Source: Octopus vulgaris
Lineage: Eukaryota
Direction of reading: 5' to 3'
Length of the DNA: 64,000 bases
Assembly: GCA_951406725.2 (NCBI GenBank)
Contig: OX597823.1
Coordinates: 48,980,001-49,044,000 of the forward strand
Program-made: the position numbers and the translations under genes
In this document: positions 54,340 through 64,000 of the stretch, piece after piece
How positions within the stretch are numbered: position 1 is the first letter of the stretch
How the letters are laid out: the number at the start of each line of letters is the position of its first letter
The notes under the pieces: generated by a model
The model's database searches: none
Told to the model about the DNA's origin: nothing
What the model saw: the letters and a program-made list of their open reading frames with translations, nothing else

Positions 54340-55360
54340 ATGAATTTACACAGTTGGTTAATTTCAAAAACATTTTTTGAAATAATAAACAGCATCCCTG
54401 GATCAATCAAATTTAGTATGAAAATGAATGAAAGGGAAGTCCCCTTCCTAGATATCTTAATAATTAAAGAAAATGAGATTATAACAACTGACCTCTATTA
54501 CAAAAACATGGACACACACCAATATTTAGACTTTAGATCTTGCCATTCTTCCCATACAAAAAGGAACATACCCTTAAAATGGCAAGACAAATATGCACAG
54601 TAGTTTCAGAGACAAATAGAAGAGAAGATGACTTGCAGAACTTAACTTGTTCCTTAAAAAACAAAAATACCCCACCAAACTAATAGACCAAGCGATAACT
54701 GAAGCTAAAAATATTCCAATCTCTACAATAAGAAGAAAAAAAAATCACACAGGATAAACGGAGAAATGAACATAAAAATATCCCATTTATTATCACACAC
54801 AATCCCGAAAACCACAATATTCTACAAACAGCCAAAGACCTTCTACCAATTCCACACCAGTTCCCATGTCTCCAACAAATAATCAACAGTCGAAGGCAAC
54901 CACCAAACCTTAAAGAAACTTCCAACCAAAGCAAGATTCACATCAGTGGAAGAAATGATGCAAGTTACCAAATGTGAAGACCCCCAATGTGGGACATGTG
55001 ATTCAATAGAATAGAGACCAGCCAAAAAATTCAAGAATGGAAAAAGAATTAAAGGTAAATGCAAATATGAACTGCAAAAGCAAAACCCTCATATATTGTA
55101 TCTCATGCCCACGATGCAATGAACATTATATTGGGGAAATGTGAACGAAATTAACCAATTGTGTAAATGTGCATAGACATCAAATAAGACATCCCACACT
55201 TAGATGCATACCTTGAAGACAAAAGAAGTATATTTCATAAGATTTCGCAGTTCGAAACTAAACCAGAAATAGTCAACAACAATTTTACTGAAAACAACTT
55301 TCACTATATATAATAAGACTTGCTTGAAAATGTTAAGAACTGAAAGTGCTTGCATATATA
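54340..55360 (+). mobile_element. Penelope-like retroelement (Neptune-type) 3' remnant
   Basis: IKFSM....VPFLDILI....TDLYYK..DTHQYLDFRSCH..HTKRNIP; PFIITHNP; RQPPNLK; CEDPQCGTC; LIYCISCPRCNEHYIGE (GIY-YIG). Confidence 0.9.
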
Positions 55361-55466
55361 TAAAAGCAAAGCCTACACACATTTTGTGAAATTTCTTCCC
55401 AAAGGTTAGTGTCTTTTGACTATCTAAAATAGTTCGTTTCTCAATCTTCACTCTTTGAGAAAAAAA

Positions 55467-55518
<52 letters not shown>

Positions 55519-56748
55519 CCCACACACACACATTCATACATTTATGTATGTATATAAAAATACATACGTACATACATATAATACATATATGTATGTATGA
55601 GCACTACTGCAATTAATATAGCCAGGTTTGGCCTGTTAACAGCAGTAGCAGCCTTCAATAAATTTATTAATCTCAGGAGACTAATGACAGGTGTTTGACT
55701 TTTGGAAATCCAAGATAGTCAAAGAGTCAGTTCAAATGAGCTGTGTGACAGACACACCAATTTAAAGTTTTCATTTAATGTTGTTATATTATATTATATT
55801 ATTATATTATTATTTCTATTGATTGATATAGCATGATATTGATCAAAACACACATATCTATTGAAACATATTGTAAATATCATTCCGTAAGGAATCTTAC
55901 CTCCGTAGATTTCAGGTGTAAGATTTAAATTAGAGGAGATAGGTAACAATGTAAATGTCAACAGCAAAAAAAAAAGAAAAGAACAAAGAAAAAATGAATG
56001 AATAGGTAAAGAAATTCAAAGGTTAATATACTAAACTACCAAGTAGTAGTTTTCAAAATTTTTTCGAAGAGTCTTTTTTATATGAACTATTTTTGATACC
56101 ACATGTGAATTTTAGTGATGTTTCATGAAGGGCAACTTTGAATTTAATAGCAAGTAACTTTTACAAAATTAGCAAGGAAACATTGTTGTTGTTGTTGCTG
56201 TTGTAGTTGTTGTTGCTGCTGCTGCTGTTGTTGTTGTTGTTGTAATAAAAGTATTTACAGAAATGCTCTTAGCATGAATTGACTAAATTCGAAGGGAAAT
56301 TTATTGAAATTGTTTTATATTTTGAATGTCACTACCAGTGGTTGATACAATGATCCTGAATACCAGTATACTATGAGAAGTAGATGCGAAAACTATCATT
56401 TAATTATTTGTGCAAGGAGAAAAATACTGGTATTATAGGCATATACTATTATATTTAACATATTCTTATACACTTAGACCTAGAAAGACATAAATTGCAA
56501 AAATTATTTCAAGAGAAAAAAATATTCTAGATATGTATGAAAAATATACCACTGATCTATAAATAATGTCATCAGATACGAGGACATATGCATTTCTGTG
56601 TCATTGCATTTTGTCAGTTATGGATACTGAGTTGTCATTCATTGCTATTACATTTGCTGATGTACACAAAGCTATTCAACAGAGTAACACCGCTAAACTT
56701 AGTGGCTATTTAAGGAATGTATTTATGAATGGTTAATGGATTGCATGT

Positions 56749-56793
56749 GGTGCTGAGGAAGGAGCAAGAACTCCTGAAATATGCATATATGCC
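56749..56793 (+). ncRNA. Type I hammerhead ribozyme with intact catalytic core
   Basis: ggtg-CTGAGGA-aggag(caagaa)ctcct-GAAA-tatgcata-TA-tgcc; all core positions are conserved and stem III is palindromic. Confidence 0.75.
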
Positions 56794-59105
56794 TATTATT
56801 TATTTTTCTATCTTCATGTAAACATTGTTTACATAGATATATTTATATATGAAATGTCATAACTTTTAGCGATAGCTCGAGATTTTATAGAAAATCTGTA
56901 GGGAGACACTTAAAAGTAATTAATTAGAGGAGCACTAAGCAGCATTGAATGAAATATTGGTGTGTAGAATTATATTCAATGTGTTGATATACAACTGGAA
57001 AAGGAAAGACATACATTACAGAAATTGTTCTGAGAGAAAAAATTCTTGTAAACAAAACTGACCAGTGGGCTATGAATGGAAATATTTTGGTATGGTTGTG
57101 TGCTTGAGTGGCTTGTTTCACAACCATGTGGTTCTGGGTTTGACTCTATCATGTAGAACATGTGATGTGATCCTATTATGTGGCACATGGGCGTGTATCC
57201 TCAGACATAGCTTCACATTGATCTATACTGTGTGAATGAAAGTTGATAGAAAGAAAGTGTGTGGAGTGGATACCTGCCGTGTGTGTGTGTGTGTGTATGA
57301 AAGTGTGTGTCTTTGCCATTGCATATTGGTGCAAAATATAAACAATAATGAAGAAACTGAAAAAACAAGGAGCAGATCTTGTCATTTTTGCCATCACAAA
57401 TTCAGAGAACCACTGACAGACTCACTGAAAGCCTGTAACCAACAAAACTATTGTTCACACATTGCCATACAAAATAGTCAGAAATATAAAATAAAACTTC
57501 TTTGTTGTAAAACCAGAATTCTTAGCTAACTAATAACGGTCACAATAGTAGAACTGCCTATTATTTTAACTACAAAATGACTGATAAATTTGGTCATTTG
57601 CTTGATGAAGGCTATTTAATAGCAGAAACACCATTAATTGTATTTCATAATTGAAGGTCTTGTGGTCATTGATATTGAGAGAGTATATGGAGATGTTGCT
57701 TACTGTGTACAAAGAACCTGAAGAATTATAAAGTTTATAATAGTAACTTATATTAAATTTGAAACATTTATAAAATGAAAAATATATATCTTAGAAAAGA
57801 TGGCTTAAATTTTCTCTGAATGTAAAGGGTTTTCATATTTCCATTGTCAGTAAATATAAATAAACAAATATATAATGTTTTTATAAGAGTGACAGGAAGA
57901 ACAACTAAATATAAAATTCTACCTCAAAAGTAGAAACATAACAAATACTGCTATGATATTCACAAGGACTAATAATTCCTAAACTCATTCGTTTATTAAT
58001 GTTTCAGAACTCTATCAGTTTCAGAGTGAAATTGTAGCAGAATGGTATGTTCTCATATCTCTTGTAATGGATCACAATGAATCATAGGAGTGCTTGTGAT
58101 TTCTTCTATATATGTTTGTATATGTATACTGCTCTATGAAGATATAGACACTCTCTGATGTATTCTGATGGTCATAAGAACAAGATTTTCTGTATTTTCT
58201 TTCACTCTTATCGAATTTTGTCTGATTCATTGTGAAATCCTTTTTCTTGTATTGATTATCTCTGGGCTGCATGCGTGTAACACTTAATTTCCTGGCTTTA
58301 TTATGTCAAACCAATAAATTACAATGCATTATAATGCCACAATAAATCTAACATACAATATTCAAAGCTGCAAGAATAGACTACTGAAGTTTTTTTATGC
58401 TTCACTGACCCAATATTGACCAAATGTGAATGCAAATGGCCAGTTGGTTAGGATAGTGGATAACAAAGATGAAGGTACTACGTTATAGTATTGTCAACAC
58501 ACCAATGTGTCCATGAGTAAAACAACCCCATCCATATTGTAGATAAGTACAACATAGTAGGAACAATCTATTGTTTTAAGCAGGGGTGACTCTGTCATGT
58601 CCGATAAGTTCATCATCATCAGTTCACTGTTTTGTTTTTTTTTCAATAAAATAGTTTTTAGCTATTAATGGTTTTTCTCAGTAAACTTTCCTCATGGTAA
58701 ACTTTCCTCTTGGTGATTTTTCTTCATAGTAAATCGATGGTAGTGAACATTTCCTACAGTGAATTGATGATGGTGAACTTACCTGTAGTCATTCCTCACA
58801 TGTCAGAAAGTCGTGTTTACTGTGAGAATCACAGGACCAAAGGCACTTGAAGTTACTAAATTCCACAAGTTGTGTGCCATCATTGAAACCAATTGACAAG
58901 TAGCTTTCATCTTCATTGATGGTCAAGTACTCAGTCTTTTTTTACTGCAAAAACAGATCAACTTCTTATGAGAACTTAAAATATTTTGTCATGAGCACAA
59001 AACCCACAAAGAGACAGAGGGATACATTCCACTCATCTCTACAGTCGTTGCTCATCACAGGGTTGGCTTTGCTGGCCAGTGTTATCATGCTGAACACTAG
59101 CCGTT

Positions 59106-59297
59106 CAAGAATTTGGACCTGGAGATCTCCATTTCCAGCGACTTTGCGGGCCATCTCCCACTGGTGTCGGGTGTCAACGAAGAGCCCTCGGCTACAAGAC
59201 AACCAAAGTTTTTTTTTTCCAAGGTCTGAGGTCTCCCGCCCCTAAGCCCTAGACCATCACCTAATCACCCTTACCCTTGTTGCTTAACAACAACAAC
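59106..59297 (+). mobile_element. Short retroposed insert with (AAC)n tail and about 18-bp TSD, inside an old RTE fragment
   Basis: tgctgaacacta(a)gccgtt at 59088-59105 and 59298-59316; the host reads IPLISTVVAHHRVGFAGQCYHAE. Confidence 0.8.
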
Positions 59298-60011
59298 TGC
59301 TGAACACTAAGCCGTTTTAGATGTTATATTTTTGAGATTTCTGAAGTCTAAATGAGGATAGATATTACAGGCAGAGACTATAACATACATATATTTTCTC
59401 AGTAAACTTTCCTTGCAGTGAACTTCCCTCATGGTGAACTTTCTTCACAGCAAATTGATGGCGGTGAACTTTCCCTGCGGTGAATTGATGACTGTGAACT
59501 TATCTGTGATAAGTTCTCTTTGTTAGTAAATGGTTTCCAGTTCATTTCGTTAGTACAGTATCTTGAGCAAGTGTCTTTTATCACAGACATAGGTCATCCA
59601 AATCCTTGTGACAGAAACTGTGGAATTCTATTGAAGAGGCCAGTTCTTGTTGTTGACTGTCAAACTTGATTACCCAGTTTAGAATCCTTCTCTGATCATT
59701 TGTTGTCTTTAAGAGAAATCCACTTTGTTGGAACTCTCTGAGTCAGGTCTCCAGTCTGAGGATGTCTGTCTCTCCTTTTTTCATCTGTCTTAGAGGTCCT
59801 GCAAAGGATCATTAGCATTGTTCACAGCTAAGTCATTAAACTACTAAATAAATAAATAATCAAGTGTTTGTTAGGTTTTAATGCTGATTCCAATTCTACC
59901 CAGCCCATGGGCCTGGACAGGCCACCTCTGTACTGAACATATAAGTAAGGTCTTTCAATCATTTCAGCTTCCTTTGTCATTGGTTCTGGGTTTGACTTCT
60001 TTCTCTCTTAA

Positions 60012-60407
60012 TTTTTACTTGTTTCAGTCATTAGACTGAGGCCATGCAGGAGCATCATCTTGAAGAATTTTTATTTGAATGAATCAACTGTAGTATTTAT
60101 GTTTCTCTTTCTTTTTTAAGTCTGGTATTCATTCTATTGGTCTCTTTTGCCAAATTGCTAAGTTACCGGGATATAACCAAGTGGTGAGGGACAAACACAC
60201 ACACACTCACAGACACACAGACACACACACACACAAACACACACACAATAAGCTTCTTTCAGTTTCCGTCTACCAAATCCACTCAGAAGACTTTGGTCAG
60301 TCCAAGGCTAGAGTAGAATACACTTGCTGAAGGTTCCACACAATGGGACTGAACCTGGAACCATGTGGCTGGAAAAACAAACTTCTTACCACATAGACAT
60401 GCCTGTG
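60012..60407 (-). mobile_element. SINE family A
   Basis: Reverse-complement match to family A. Confidence 0.85.
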
Positions 60408-61234
60408 CTTTGATCAATTCGAGATCATAGCAGAAGACATTCACTGGAAATGCCACAGAGTGGGACGAAGCGCAACAAGAGTACAATGTTGTGGAATAAA
60501 CCTCTTAAGCACATAATGGCATTGCACTTGACTCTGCCTTTAACTTCATTCACATTAAGGATTTAACAACTCTTGTTGTGGAGTGACAGATACACCAGCA
60601 GAATACTTCCATGCAAATTTCCTGCTAAGTAGATCAATTGATAGATTCAAACATCACAGCAAGCACTTGTTATTTTGTGAGTTTTCTATTATAATGTTTT
60701 GAGAGTTAATTTAAAACCATTACCATTCTTTGATACATATCGAAACACTAATTTATCATCTTTATTGTACAACTGTCCAGTTTTTCTTCGTTAAGTAGTC
60801 GTTGGTACTTATGAAAGTTTTTATTTATTTATTGCTCTTTCGGCATCGAACTGTAGAATAGAAAGTGAGAAACATTATAAATTGCTTTGGAATCAGTTGC
60901 CAGCAGTTTTTGACAATATGTTGATATAGATTAGAGAAAGTTAATAAAATAATACAACACCCAATACCAATGAGAATTCAGAAGATAATCGCTATGCTGA
61001 CATATGAAGTATGAAGTAGTCTTTGATGATCTCATTCTTATTGAAACATGCAGAGAAGATTGTTATTGATACAAGATGCAGTTAAGAGCTTCTTAAGTAC
61101 TCATTGACCAGACAGAGATTTAGAAATTAGGAAAGAATGTTGGATTACATGTAAATGATACAGAATGTGATAGGTTGATATAATATATAATGATAGGAAT
61201 TAATTGCACTTTTCAACACAGTTTATATGAAATA

Positions 61235-61272
<38 letters not shown>

Positions 61273-61889
61273 ATATGCGTAAATGCTTTAGTCTTAGTGT
61301 GAAGATTATTTGGGGTTAAGACCAATGTTAATGAGAGCACACAGTCAAGAAATATACCGTTGTGCTGTCAAGTCTCCTTGGACACTGTTGAGGTTTAATG
61401 AACCGATTACATGCTCTTTGAATTAAGTGAAAAGCTTTATAAACATTGTTATGTATAGAGTGATGGTTTGAGAAACATTAATCAAAATTAATTACACTTT
61501 CCACTGCTTATTGTATGATTTAATCTACTATATAAACTACATAAATGTATCTAATCGCAAGAGAGTACAGGCACTAGAAGTAGCAGCCAGATCCCTGTTA
61601 AACCACATTCTGCTGTTTAAAAAAGGACATCTTAGATAATGCAGTTTTAGATAGATTGTTGTCTGAAGCTAAAAGGCAGGATGGTCGTGGTTAGATCAGT
61701 AGTAAACTTGGACTAAAAACCAGTGATATATTTAGTTAGTTCTAAAAAGTGGCAAGGGTTATGTCGTCAGAAAAGCAAGTACTTGGAAACATTTAATGTG
61801 TATAGCTTGTGGTTGTATAATGATATAGTATAGACCCCATTCAGTCATAAATGACCATGGGATTGTACTTAGAAAGTTACCCTATGAGG

Positions 61890-62125
61890 CACATGTACAT
61901 AAATATATACATGCATATGAATCTACATGTATATACATATATATATACTTGTATATATATATACATAAACATGTATATATATATATACATGTATATCTAG
62001 CTATATATATATATGCATATATATACATATATATACATGTAAATATATTTATATATACACATGTATATCTATATATATACATACATACATGTATATATAT
62101 ATACATACATATATATATACGCACA

Positions 62126-62176
<51 letters not shown>

Positions 62177-62294
62177 TATACACATGTATATATATACATA
62201 TATATATGTATGTATACATATATATATGCATATATATATATATATAAATATATATGTACATATACATATATATATGTATGTATATATATATATA

Positions 62295-62327
<33 letters not shown>

Positions 62328-62355
62328 GTATGTATACATACATTATATACATATA
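61890..62355. repeat. Long degenerate TA/TACA low-complexity tract
   Basis: Direct inspection. Confidence 0.9.
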
Positions 62356-62496
62356 TAGGCGAAAAGAAAATGGAGGAGAAATAAGAAACAGAAGTGTGTC
62401 TTTCAAGTTAGTAAGCCATTAATTAAATAATGGCTTGCTGGTGCAAAAGACACACTTCTGTTTGTTATTTGTCCTCCATTTTCTTCTTGCCTGTAT
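62352..62496. repeat. About 145-bp near-perfect hairpin, TA-flanked MITE-like element
   Basis: aggc..agaaaatggagga.aaataa.aaacagaagtgtgtcttt..aagccatta mirrored by taatggctt..aaagacacacttctgttt.ttattt.tcctccattttct..gcct. Confidence 0.9.
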
Positions 62497-63018
62497 AAAT
62501 TAAACTATGGTTACCCGCTAAATTACCTGCTGCCTTATACCTTTTACCAAGGAATATACTCACTGAGGTAATTATCAAAAGTGCCTTTGGATATATCTAT
62601 CCTAAAGAGACTTTAAACAACTCTAACTTATACCTATGTACATATATATGTATATCATATATATGCATATATGCATATACATATATACGTATATATAGGT
62701 ACATATATATATGCATATATATAGATATATATACATATACATGTATATATATACATCTATCTATATATACATATACATATATACATATACCTCTATAAAT
62801 GTATATCTATATATACATATATACACATACATATATACACATACATATATACACATACATATATACACATACATATACACTCTTTTACTGTTTTACTCAT
62901 TTCAGCCATGTAGCTGTGGTCATGCTAGAGCACCACCGTGTTCTTTCTGACTTACTCAGTCTGGGTGTTTGACATGACCACTCTTGTATGTGCCTTTTTT
63001 ACATTGATGAAAGACAGT

Positions 63019-63165
<147 letters not shown>

Positions 63166-63295
63166 CATATCCATGTTATGCATATTTTTGTCATCAGCTT
63201 GCTTTAAGTGATAGACATGTAGGTGACCATAAGTCTAAAAGATGGTTTTCAGCAAATGTAAAGAATTTACTCAGAATAAACTAAAGAAAATGAAT

Positions 63296-63912
63296 AGGTG
63301 CAGGCATGGCTGTGTGGTAAGAAATTTGCTTTTCAACCACATGGTTCTGGGTTCAGTTCCATTGTTTGACACCTTGGGCAAGTGTCTTCTATTATAGCTT
63401 CAGGCTGACCAAAGCCTTGTGAGTGGAGTTGGTAGACAGAAACTGAAAGCAGCCCGTATGTCATCATCGTCATCATCATCGTTTTACATCTGCCTTCCAT
63501 GCTGGCATGAGTTGGACGGTCTGACAGGAGCACCAGACTTTTGCATTTATTTTGGTGGAATTTTTAAGGCTGGATGTCTTTCCTAACATCAACCACTCTG
63601 CAGAGTGGACTTGTACATATATTTATATATATATATATGTGTACATATATGTGTGGGGTGGGGTGTATGTGCGTGTAGGTGTGTGTGTGTGTCTCTGTCT
63701 GTATTTGTCCACCCCCACCCCCCACCATTTGACAACTAGCGTTTACATCCTTGTAAGTTAGCAGTTTGTCAAAAGGGATGGATAAACTAAGTATCAGGCT
63801 TAAAAAGATATAAATACTGGAGTTTATTCATTGTATTAAAGTTCTTGACAGTGGTGCTCCAGCATGGTCGCAGTCTAATGACTGAAACAAGTAAAAAGAT
63901 AAGAGATAAAAG
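63296..63912 (+). mobile_element. SINE family A interrupted by a family B fragment (63461-63612, minus strand)
   Basis: Head aggtgcaggcatggctgtgtggtaag; tail atgactgaaacaagtaaaag; (cat)n-cgtttt..ttccatgctggcatg inserted at the internal microsatellite. Confidence 0.85.
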
Positions 63913-64000
63913 GAACAAGTGCTGAGCAACATACAACATAATCCTAACTAAAATATTTTTTTCCTTAATGTTAGATTTACAAATATTCTCATAGACTTTC

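Overview
AT-rich, repeat-saturated eukaryotic DNA with no confidently identifiable host protein-coding gene. The SINE families and dense (TA)n/(CA)n/(TACA)n microsatellites suggest an octopus (coleoid cephalopod) intron or intergenic region; this is an inference. Recognisable content: two Penelope-like element (PLE) remnants (Naiad-type 1-740, Neptune-type 54340-55360), an R4/Dong-clade LINE embedded in a (TATG)n array with a nested CR1 fragment, several RTE LINE copies (one family ending in three C2H2 fingers), decayed mariner and hAT transposases, piggyBac/mariner MITEs, about 30 SINE copies from four families, local duplications and long foldbacks. The most notable signal is about 10 hammerhead-ribozyme-like motifs found by eye. 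One (56749-56793) has a fully intact catalytic core and two sit at PLE 3' ends. Most ORFs in the supplied track are microsatellite or repeat artefacts. Repeat boundaries are approximate.
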